Virus record (IMG/VR): IMGVR_UViG_3300049043_000112
Coordinates: 124,001-188,000 of that record
Reading direction: 5' to 3' (one strand)
Length of the DNA stretch: 64,000 bases
The position numbers were made by a program, and so were the translations under genes. Below are positions 32,493 through 39,479 of this stretch, in pieces. The first letter of the stretch is position 1, and every line of letters begins with the position of its first letter. A model generated the notes under the pieces. The model saw only the letters and a program-made list of their open reading frames with translations. It did no database searches and had not been told where the DNA came from.

Positions 32493-33159
32493 AGAGCTCC
32501 AGTTTATCTCCAACAAACTTTCTAATGTATTTGCCGAGTAGTTTGATGTACTTTGATTTGTCTCTTTCTTCATAAACGACGCATTCTCCATTTTCACAAG
32601 CCATAATGATTACAAGTTTTTTGACTGAAATACCAGTCAACTCGTATAGCATACAACCGTAGGCCATACATTGAACAAAATAATGTTCAATCCACTCACG
32701 TGGTTTTGGTTTTTTAGAAGTTTTAAAGTCGATTATTGATAACTCGCCATCATATTCAGCGATACAGTCAACAGTCCCAGCAATACCTAGTTGCTTACTA
32801 TATAGGGACCCTTCAAGGGCGTAAATATTATTTATACGATTTAATTCTGTTTTTGAGATTTTAAACAGAAAATCTGAAAGAGGTTGAACAGGAGGAAGGT
32901 CACGATTATAAAGATAGTTCTCTACAAGCGTGTGCATATCAGTTCCACGACTTGTTGCCTGTCGTGTAATCTTTTCTGCTTCTTCCTCTCCGACTTTTTT
33001 ACGCCAGTTAATAAAGATTTCTTTATTAAAGTGACTGGTAATTGAAGTGATTGAAACTAATTTAATTAGTTCTTCTTCATCTGGTACAGAGTAATAACGG
33101 ACACCATCAATGGTTTCACGCTCCAACTGAGGGAGTTCAATATCAATATGATTAAACAT
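32479..33159 (-). CDS. PD-(D/E)XK exonuclease
   Basis: SITS, WRKKVGEEEA, RGT.MH, IAGTVDCIAEYDG.LSIIDFKTS, YFVQ..AY. Confidence 0.9.
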   Translation of the reverse strand: MFNHIDIELPQLERETIDGVRYYSVPDEEELIKLVSITSITSHFNKEIFINWRKKVGEEEAEKITRQATSRGTDMHTLVENYLYNRDLPPVQPLSDFLFKISKTELNRINNIYALEGSLYSKQLGIAGTVDCIAEYDGELSIIDFKTSKKPKPREWIEHYFVQCMAYGCMLYELTGISVKKLVIIMACENGECVVYEERDKSKYIKLLGKYIRKFVGDKLELYGTK

Positions 33160-33914
33160 TAAAAACCAGATTCTATTTTTGCAAGGATGTATTCTTTAAC
33201 AAGTCCAGAACGAACAATATCTTCTACACCAAACTCAATTATATCAAAAGAAGGCATTTTACGCAATACCGTCATAAAATCTACAATACCATTGCGCTCA
33301 TTTGTTTTCTGTAAGTCCGACTGTGATGCATCACCACAGAAGACAATTCTGGTATTTTCACCAACACGAGTAATAATAGAATCTAATTCGTGGAAGTTAA
33401 GGTTTTGAAATTCGTCTACGATAATAATTGAGTTGTCAAGAGTCGTTCCACGAAGGAAAGAAGTGCTCCAGAACTTGATTGTCTCTTGTGACTTTAAGTT
33501 ACCATAGAGCATCTCAAAGTCTGCATCAGAAGGCATCTGGAACATATACTTTACCATATTCTTATAAGGAATCTGGTAGATATCTGCCTTATCATCGTGT
33601 GTACCAGGTAAGAAACCAATCTCTCTTGTAGCAACTAATGAACGAACAAGATAGATTCTTTCATAAGGAGTTCTTTCATCAAGAACATCTTTTAGAGCAT
33701 TATAAAGAGTAATAAACGTTTTACCAGTTCCAGCGCATCCATAAGCAACTAAATGCTTTTGGTCGGCATAAGATTCAAAAAGTTTTTTCTGATTTTCTGT
33801 AAGAGGATCAATATCAACTAGATAATCAGAACTTAATGGTTTTTTACGCTTCATTTGACGAGTAGTAAGACCAACCCCGATAGGTTGTTCTGCTCTTCTG
33901 TTTCTTCTAGCCAT
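33159..33914 (-). CDS. phoH: PhoH-family ATPase
   Basis: GCAGTGKT Walker A, IGFLPG, FLRGTT, IVDEFQN, RVGEN..I.FCGD..QSDL, DIVRSGLVK. Confidence 0.95.
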   Translation of the reverse strand: MARRNRRAEQPIGVGLTTRQMKRKKPLSSDYLVDIDPLTENQKKLFESYADQKHLVAYGCAGTGKTFITLYNALKDVLDERTPYERIYLVRSLVATREIGFLPGTHDDKADIYQIPYKNMVKYMFQMPSDADFEMLYGNLKSQETIKFWSTSFLRGTTLDNSIIIVDEFQNLNFHELDSIITRVGENTRIVFCGDASQSDLQKTNERNGIVDFMTVLRKMPSFDIIEFGVEDIVRSGLVKEYILAKIESGF

Positions 33915-33915
33915 A

Positions 33916-34164
33916 TTAGAGTTTTTTAACGGTTGAACCTGGTGCCTTACTGAGCTTTTCTAGTACATCATTCCACCCTGGATTACGATTAATCAGTTTG
34001 TTTCTCCACTCACCAACTTCTCCAGGAGATGGGCAAGTTGAAGGATCAGACCAATCACGAATCCAGTCTTCGTTATCTTTTTTCCACTGGTCCCAGTCGT
34101 GGATACTCATTTCCACTTCTTTCTGTTCACCAGTTTTTGTATTCACTACGGGGTACGTTGGCAT
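33916..34164 (-). CDS. Conserved cyanophage-type hypothetical protein
   Basis: MPTYPVVNTKTGEQKEV...GWNDVL.K..KAPGS; lies between thyX and phoH. Confidence 0.8.
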   Translation of the reverse strand: MPTYPVVNTKTGEQKEVEMSIHDWDQWKKDNEDWIRDWSDPSTCPSPGEVGEWRNKLINRNPGWNDVLEKLSKAPGSTVKKL

Positions 34165-34188
34165 TGTTAAAAATTCAAGATAATTTAT

Positions 34189-34825
34189 TTAGACCCACTC
34201 CAGAGCTTCGGCAACTGTTGGAAACTGTTCGGTAAACACCTTCTTACATTCCAGAGCAATGTCCATATGCTCTTTCTGAGTACCGTTTGCGGAACGAAGA
34301 TTGATGTAATGAATCCAGGAACGGCAAGAATCCTGTCATGTAAATGCGCGTAGGGGTCGCCAGAGGCAGTACAAACCTTGCACACTCCTTAGCAACTCCG
34401 TGGTCTAGAAGTTCCTTGTAGAGGCGCATAGAGTGTGCAAAATGCTCTTGAATCTTGCTCTGGAGACCCAGTTTCTCATACTCACCAATATCGTCAATCG
34501 AGTTCTGACGATTCTTAGTGTCCTGACGGCGAAGGTCAGGCACAGGAATATATTCACTCAACAGGGAAGAATCAGCATAACGCTGTGAAAACTCTTGGAA
34601 CGTGAAACTACGATGGCGCAGAATCTGTGCTGCAATACCACGGTTCGTTTCAATCTCAAGACTCATAGACGACTGCTCAAAAACAGACCAATGATTGTGC
34701 TTAATACAATAACGTAGCAGACCTGCATAGTTTTCAGAATCTTGATTTGCTGGATTAGAAACCCTAGCAATATACGCCATTGTTTGTTCTGCATCGGGAG
34801 TTACACTGATAAGTTTTACAGTCAT
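34189..34825 (-). CDS. thyX: Flavin-dependent thymidylate synthase ThyX (indel near 34330)
   Basis: [38 protein letters not shown]; the shifted frame continues [17 protein letters not shown]...EALEWV*. Confidence 0.93.
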
Positions 34826-34986
34826 TTACCAAATCCTTTTGATGTTTTCTTTTCTAGTTCTGCGAGTTCTTGTTTTACAACTCGCAGTTGTTTTTTCATT
34901 TCAATCAATTTTTCAGGAGGATAAAGGTGCTCCTGCTTTGCCATTCTTTCTAAAAGTTTTACTAATTCTCTTGCCCTATTAGTCAT
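34822..34986 (-). CDS. Small coiled-coil hypothetical protein (54 aa)
   Basis: MTNRARELVKLLERM...KTSKGFGK*; ATGA overlap with thyX. Confidence 0.7.
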   Translation of the reverse strand: MTNRARELVKLLERMAKQEHLYPPEKLIEMKKQLRVVKQELAELEKKTSKGFGK

Positions 34987-35152
34987 CTAAATCGGAATCC
35001 TCGAAAATTTCATCGTAATCTAAAATTGGTCTTTTTCTAACTTCTGGATTAGTATAAGAATAAACAGAAACATCAGAATAGACTTCTGCTTTCAATGAGT
35101 CAACCAAGAGTTCAAGATTACGAACAAGAAGTTTTAGTTTGTCTTTGTCCAT
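34979..35152 (-). CDS. Small hypothetical protein (57 aa)
   Basis: MDKDKLKLLVRNLELLVDSLKAEVYSD...DYDEIFEDSDLDD*. Confidence 0.75.
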   Translation of the reverse strand: MDKDKLKLLVRNLELLVDSLKAEVYSDVSVYSYTNPEVRKRPILDYDEIFEDSDLDD

Positions 35153-35183
35153 AAAATACTTTTCTCTTTTAGTATCTTAGCAT

Positions 35184-35210
35184 AAAAAAAGGGGGGAATC
35201 AACCCCCCGA
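35184..35210 (-). terminator. Intrinsic terminator closing the riboswitch/DUF4278 unit
   Basis: GGGGGG-TTGATT-CCCCCC followed by T7 on the minus strand. Confidence 0.85.
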
Positions 35211-35212
35211 CT

Positions 35213-35296
35213 TTAATTGAATAAAAACTGAATATAAAGCGATAATAGCATAATTGCAACTGCACAACCTGCGGTAATTTGTAATATCGCAAACAT
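35213..35296 (-). CDS. 27-aa hydrophobic micropeptide
   Basis: MFAILQITAGCAVAIMLLSLYIQFLFN*; start overlaps the upstream stop (TGATG). Confidence 0.55.
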   Translation of the reverse strand: MFAILQITAGCAVAIMLLSLYIQFLFN

Positions 35297-35556
35297 CACT
35301 TTGCACCAACTAGTTGTGCTAATTGTGCTTGATGACGACGCTCTTCTTTTTGTTTTTGTTCTTTAATTAATTGAAGGAAGTTAAGTTTCTTCATTTCCCA
35401 CCTCCCTTGGATTTTTCCATTAGAGAGTTTGTTTCCATTTTCATCCACCCAGAACATTGCTCCGCGATAGATTTCTACGTGTGGTTGAATCTTGAACGTT
35501 TGATTTGGACGTTCAGTAGTGTCATATTCGACACCACGATATACGACTTTAGACAT
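35296..35556 (-). CDS. DUF4278-like small protein, possibly plus a separate basic peptide (MKKLNFLQ..., ATG at 35394)
   Basis: Two YRG(V/A) motifs (VVYRGVEY, EIYRGAMF); strong RBS AAGGAG. A second RBS-like GGAGGTGG before ATG 35394 suggests two genes joined by an indel. Confidence 0.7.
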   Translation of the reverse strand: MSKVVYRGVEYDTTERPNQTFKIQPHVEIYRGAMFWVDENGNKLSNGKIQGRWEMKKLNFLQLIKEQKQKEERRHQAQLAQLVGAK

Positions 35557-35588
35557 TAGGTTTTCTCCTTAATTTTGAGGCTAAAGAG

Positions 35589-35772
35589 CGTTCCTTCAGT
35601 CGGCTTTTGCGTCTAATGGAAAGTTATCCCACCTACAAGTTTTTGGCGAAACATCTTTGATTTGTTGTACGAGTTCTTTTTTAACTTCCAAAGGAAGATT
35701 TTAAGAACCAATATTTGAAATCAAGACATTTGCTTGAAAACAAGTTAATAGCAGAGTTTCCATAGATGAACG
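35589..35772 (-). promoter_or_regulatory. Glutamine-riboswitch-like aptamer 2 (glnA / Downstream-peptide family) with expanded P2
   Basis: CGTTCA-TCTATGGAAA ... TTTCCATTAGA-CGCAAAAGCCGACTGAAG-GAACG; P1 CGTTC/GAACG; directly upstream of the DUF4278-like RBS. Confidence 0.75.
35596..35763 (-). CDS. Small two-Cys ORF nested in aptamer 2 (56 codons; in-frame TAA at codon 21)
   Basis: METLLLTCFQANVLISNIGS*NLPLEVKKELVQQIKDVSPKTCRWDNFPLDAKAD*. Confidence 0.6.
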
Positions 35773-35776
35773 ATTC

Positions 35777-36033
35777 CGTTCCGAGTCGGCTTACTTCCGT
35801 CCTATTGAATTGTTCAGCACTTAAGTCTCACAACATCCTTTCGGAGTTCTAATAGCAATCGGTCTTCTCTTCTTTGGTCTACTACATCGTCGTTTTTAAC
35901 GATGTCCATTAGTTCCCAAGCTGCACCACAACTTATCGTCACTTGAGTATCAGATTTGGTAAGTTGTGGAGTAGAGATAGAAAGAAGTGGAACCCATGCT
36001 AAAAGCAAAAGTGCTTTAGTCATAGGATGAACG
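35777..36033 (-). promoter_or_regulatory. Glutamine-riboswitch-like aptamer 1 with expanded P2
   Basis: CGTTCA-TCCTAT ... ATAGGA-CGGAAGTAAG-CCGACTCG-GAACG; GGAAGTAA is the E-loop-like segment of glnA-type aptamers. Confidence 0.75.
35814..36023 (-). CDS. 69-aa ORF nested in aptamer 1 (signal-peptide-like N-terminus, two Cys)
   Basis: MTKALLLLAWVPLLSIS...SCGAAWELMDIV...LELRKDVVRLKC*. Confidence 0.7.
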   Translation of the reverse strand: MTKALLLLAWVPLLSISTPQLTKSDTQVTISCGAAWELMDIVKNDDVVDQRREDRLLLELRKDVVRLKC

Positions 36034-36043
36034 TTAGAGGGAT

Positions 36044-36097
36044 ATTATACCTCTATTCATTGATATTTAGGGAGTTTTGTGTGTATTTCCTGATACA
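36044..36097 (-). promoter_or_regulatory. Composite promoter: NtcA box, late CTAAATA and -10 TATAAT
   Basis: TGTA-N8-TACA at 36082-36097; CTAAATA at 36070-36064; TATAAT at 36049-36044, 10 nt upstream of aptamer 1. Confidence 0.7.
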
Positions 36098-36156
36098 ATT
36101 TTAAAAACCTTCACACAGGAAAATTTTGCCGGGAAATTTTCCGCCGATTATGGAAA

Positions 36157-36495
36157 TTACTTCCGCTTTTTCCTTTCAGGTGCTTTGTATCCCCAGGTCT
36201 TTGGATTATAACGCCCATATCCAAAGTCGATACTCTTCAAATTTTCACGAAACTTATCCCAATACATATCAAACAATTTAATTCTAGAGCCTCTAGTTAA
36301 ATCGAAACAAAGTTTTTCATCAACCATATACTTGACAATATAAGCATCATTAGGTGCTTCTTTGGTACAGACATCAGCATACGAACCATTCTCAATCATA
36401 ATTTCACAACCGTAACGTGACTTACAGGTTTCTTTTTCTGCTGATGTCCAATAATCCATATCTGTTTCCTTTACTTCATCAACAACTGAACTCAC
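36157..36495 (-). CDS. Hypothetical protein
   Basis: ORF with a GTG start overlapping the upstream stop (GTGA); FDMYWDKF...GYGRYNPKTWGY. Confidence 0.75.
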   Translation of the reverse strand: MSSVVDEVKETDMDYWTSAEKETCKSRYGCEIMIENGSYADVCTKEAPNDAYIVKYMVDEKLCFDLTRGSRIKLFDMYWDKFRENLKSIDFGYGRYNPKTWGYKAPERKKRK

Positions 36496-37115
36496 GAACG
36501 CCCACCCCAATGAATATCAGGATATGCTTCTGCAACAATTTCTTTGGTGATTTTATACTTTTCTCCAAGTTTCTTATCCTTAACTAGAATTAAAATCTCC
36601 GCTTCAAAAGGATGCAAACCTTGTAAAATATTAATGAACATTGTTTCTCTGCGAAGAGAACTTAGTCCATCATTACCACCTTTTACAAAATTATAAAACT
36701 TAGAATATTCTTTGCGAATGGAAGAACGCCCTTGGTCTTGTGACCCTAGAGAATTACTTTGAATTTCTCCCATTTTAGAAACTGCATCATTAATCTTGCC
36801 TGAAAGAGTTCCACTAAATGAGGTTTGTTCATTTGTAGCGGCATAAGGAACATCTCCAGGAGGGAGCATAGAAACTATAGTCTCATCAAAGTTCCAAATG
36901 AAAAGTGCTTTCAGAGAAGGATGATTAAATTTTTGAAGTACTTCAACTTTTTTAGCACTAGACCTTTGTTTTGAAGCAAGTTGAAGAACTTCAAAAGCAA
37001 ATGGATTTCCAGGAAGGTCTGGAATTGGTTGGTCTACTGGTTTTGCTTTTACTGCTTTTGGAGCAGTAGTTTTTGTACTAGTCTTCTGCGCTGTCGTCTT
37101 CTTCGTCGTAGTCAT
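36492..37115 (-). CDS. Conserved T4-like cyanophage hypothetical protein
   Basis: KKVEVLQ...LFIWNFD...LPPGDVPY...YNFVKGGN.....RRETMFI..L.GLHP.EAE; ATG at 37115. Confidence 0.8.
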   Translation of the reverse strand: MTTTKKTTAQKTSTKTTAPKAVKAKPVDQPIPDLPGNPFAFEVLQLASKQRSSAKKVEVLQKFNHPSLKALFIWNFDETIVSMLPPGDVPYAATNEQTSFSGTLSGKINDAVSKMGEIQSNSLGSQDQGRSSIRKEYSKFYNFVKGGNDGLSSLRRETMFINILQGLHPFEAEILILVKDKKLGEKYKITKEIVAEAYPDIHWGGRS

Positions 37116-37308
37116 GATAGTTTTCAAAGTTAAATGCAATTACTTCGTCAGGTATAAGATTACCTTGTTGGTCAAACATTTCGGGATAAGGTCTTGGAAT
37201 TTCCCGATAATTCATCATATATTCTCTCGCAACCCAACCTGCCATTACTCCCACTATAAGAAATAATACTGTTAGAAAGGAACCAAATACTAAGCTAACT
37301 GCTAACAT
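37078..37308 (-). CDS. Small single-pass membrane protein
   Basis: Hydrophobic N-terminal helix, PEMFD..GN, acidic tail. Confidence 0.75.
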   Translation of the reverse strand: MLAVSLVFGSFLTVLFLIVGVMAGWVAREYMMNYREIPRPYPEMFDQQGNLIPDEVIAFNFENYHDYDEEDDSAED

Positions 37309-37499
37309 TTCTTTTTCTCCGGGAAACTACTCTTTTCTTTCTTGAGTGAAAGGAAAATTCAAAGTAGATGGTTACTTCCCGATTTAGAAAGCAAATCATC
37401 TTCTCAAAAATGATGTGGAACGGTTAAGTTTGCTTTCTTTTACCTCCATTAAGAATAAATTCAACACCACGGTTTCGGTGGTCTTCTTTTTTATTTAGG

Positions 37500-37742
37500 T
37501 CAGGATTTGATGATTTGGTGTTCTTTGAGGAATTTGATTGTGTCAACAGAACCTCCTAACTTTTTATCATTACATATAACTTGTGGAAACGTAGCACCCT
37601 GACCAAATTCAGAATAGAATTCTTCTCTATTAAAGTGCTCTCCCAAATTATAAACCACAAAGTTACTTCCTGTCAACTCCAATACTTGTTTGACTTTATA
37701 GCAATATGGACAGTCCTCTTTGCTGTATACAGTGAAATTCAT
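37500..37742 (-). CDS. nrdC: Glutaredoxin
   Basis: CPYC active site, TFPQV, GG motif. Confidence 0.93.
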   Translation of the reverse strand: MNFTVYSKEDCPYCYKVKQVLELTGSNFVVYNLGEHFNREEFYSEFGQGATFPQVICNDKKLGGSVDTIKFLKEHQIIKS

Positions 37743-37775
37743 AAGGTTTATAAGATTTATATTAATTTATATAAG

Positions 37776-37877
37776 AAAAAGGAGGGTATAAAACCCCCCT
37801 TAGTAACCACCAACTCACCTCTTCACACCACTGAAGAGGGTCTTCATTCCCAAAGATACAAGGATGTTGAAGACCTT
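37776..37877 (-). ncRNA. Stand-alone structured small RNA, wcaG-motif-like
   Basis: Own promoter; hairpins GGTCTTCA/TGAAGACC and CTCTTCA/TGAAGAG; two TGGTG motifs; ends in a GGGGGT-TTTAT-ACCCTCC-T5 terminator. Confidence 0.7.
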
Positions 37878-37880
37878 GAT

Positions 37881-37909
37881 ATTATAAGGGATTTTTTGAA
37901 AGGTGTCAA
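37881..37909 (-). promoter_or_regulatory. Perfect-consensus sigma70 promoter driving the sRNA
   Basis: TTGACA-N17-TATAAT; the -35 box overlaps the TGA stop of ORF 37906-38118. Confidence 0.9.
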
Positions 37910-38118
37910 GCAGGTACTTCAGTCTCTTCTACAGGTTCTTCAGTTACTTCTGGTTCTGGAAGAGTTACTCCAGTTTGCTGTAGATATTCAATAATACCCT
38001 GAAGCTTAACTGCCATCTCTCTCTTTTCAACGACTTTAGTATTCAACTCTTGAATTTCTTGAATTAAGTCGCTTTGTTGTTGAATTGCAGACTGTAGGTG
38101 TAGTTGTTGTTCGTTCAT
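37906..38118 (-). CDS. Small acidic coiled-coil protein
   Basis: 70-aa ORF with heptad pattern. Confidence 0.7.
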   Translation of the reverse strand: MNEQQLHLQSAIQQQSDLIQEIQELNTKVVEKREMAVKLQGIIEYLQQTGVTLPEPEVTEEPVEETEVPA

Positions 38119-38170
38119 TGTTCTGTTTAAATTCTTATAGAATAACTTAAAAAATTAATTAAGTCAAGTC

Positions 38171-38199
38171 TTGACAGAATGCCAAAACTTGACTAGACT
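38171..38199 (+). promoter_or_regulatory. Sigma70-type promoter in antisense orientation
   Basis: TTGACA-N17-TAGACT on the plus strand, with no plus-strand gene downstream. Confidence 0.65.
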
Positions 38200-38226
38200 A
38201 GGTTTGTCGCCTTTGAAGATATAACT

Positions 38227-38485
38227 TTAGCTATTTTCTGCAACAAAAGCTTTACCAGCTTCAATTGCTGCTTCAACATCAGAAAGGTCATCATCTGAAC
38301 CAGTGATATGCTCACTGGTCATTTGAAGTTCTAAGTGTGCAACATTTCTGCCAACAGCATCAACAACTTCTTTGGTGACTTCTTCTTTTTCCATCTCACT
38401 CGGTAATTACCCAGACACTATCTCTCATTGCGGAAATTGCACCAGCAATTTCTTCAGCAGTAGGAACTCTATTTTCTTCAGGCAT
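38227..38485 (-). CDS. Small acidic protein, possible fibre-assembly helper (indel near 38400)
   Basis: RBS AAGGAG; MPEENRVPTAEEIAGAISAMRDSVWVIT / EMEKEEV...GRNVAHLELQM...AIEAGKAFVAENS*. Confidence 0.6.
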
Positions 38486-38513
38486 TGTTTAACTCCTTTT
38501 TGATATTTAGTAA

Positions 38514-39464
38514 TTAACCACCAATTAGGTCAGTGGTGTCATCCGAACTTTCATCAACTGCAGTGACTTCTTCGGTTTCAGTTTCCTCTTGACTTGTTTC
38601 ACCAAGAACTCTCCAGAACTCAGTGTTCTTGCACTTCTCTAGAATTTCTTCGGAAAGAATTTCTTCAGGAGCAGGTGCAGTAGACTTTACAACTGGACGA
38701 ACTTCATGCATATCAGCAAAGCCATAGACCTTACCATCATTTTCACGGTTCTCGTTTTTCAGATTATCAAACGTATGTTCAAAAGGTTCTTCACCTAAGA
38801 ACTCATACAGTTTCTGCATTGTCTCTGCAGGATTGTTTACTAGGTCTTGATACTCTACAAAGTGTAGGGACTGGTCATAACCCTCCATCAGCGCCTTCTG
38901 GAGACCCTCTACGGACTGTCCAAGGATACCTGCGGGGCTTGCTAGCAGTTCGCAGCGATTGTCGTCTGTCAGGGGGATATTGTTCTTAATCAACATCTCA
39001 TCAACAAAGTTGATTTTTCCATCCACCTGATAAGGATTGCGACGAAGCATCGAAATAAACGAAGTCAGGATTTCTGCAGTGTCTCTGACAGGGCAGATAA
39101 CCTTTGGTGCAATATCAAAGTACCCAGGAATATATTCCATACGAACAGTCCAAGAACGGTTCTTATCGAAGATGACAGGTTCTGAACGGTCACCATAATA
39201 CTGTGGCAGAACTGATGCAATGATTTCTTTTGCCTGTTGTGGTTTTGGATAACCAAGGAACAGTTCGTCATTTGCCAGACTATTCTCCAGTGCAATCATT
39301 GTAGGAACGACTGGTGAACTAGGACCAGAATAGAACCTAGGGTTTTGGTTCAGAATAGATGACAGCAGCGTGCTTCCCGAACGTGGAAGTCCTGCCATAA
39401 AGTAGAATGTTTTGTTCAATCTGCTCATCTCTTCACGGATAATTTCTTTAATCATTTCTTTCAT
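38514..39464 (-). CDS. PAPS-dependent sulfotransferase
   Basis: 5'-PSB loop GLPRSGSTLL; DKNR.W; 3'-PB motif VRD..EIL.S; V.YQDLV.NP...M..LYEFLG. Confidence 0.9.
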   Translation of the reverse strand: MKEMIKEIIREEMSRLNKTFYFMAGLPRSGSTLLSSILNQNPRFYSGPSSPVVPTMIALENSLANDELFLGYPKPQQAKEIIASVLPQYYGDRSEPVIFDKNRSWTVRMEYIPGYFDIAPKVICPVRDTAEILTSFISMLRRNPYQVDGKINFVDEMLIKNNIPLTDDNRCELLASPAGILGQSVEGLQKALMEGYDQSLHFVEYQDLVNNPAETMQKLYEFLGEEPFEHTFDNLKNENRENDGKVYGFADMHEVRPVVKSTAPAPEEILSEEILEKCKNTEFWRVLGETSQEETETEEVTAVDESSDDTTDLIGG

Positions 39465-39479
39465 TGGTTTTTAATCCTC

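Noticed and set aside
32479-33159. Cas4 / CRISPR-related nuclease
   Set aside because: Lacks the four-Cys Fe-S motif and sits in the usual phoH-exonuclease-gp33-gp59 context
35701-35703. Stop-codon reassignment suggested by in-frame TAA codons here and near 37425
   Set aside because: TAA, TAG and TGA all terminate clear genes throughout the window and no suppressor tRNA is present
37309-37499. Possible ORF between glutaredoxin and the membrane protein (...NRGVEFILNGGKRKQT*PFHIIFEK...)
   Set aside because: Looks coding and is in frame with 37078-37308, but has an internal TAA and no clear start; cannot be delimited without reads
38880-38975. Local GC-richer patch within the sulfotransferase gene
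   Set aside because: Frame and protein are uninterrupted and no clear repeat or structure is visible; insufficient evidence for an element
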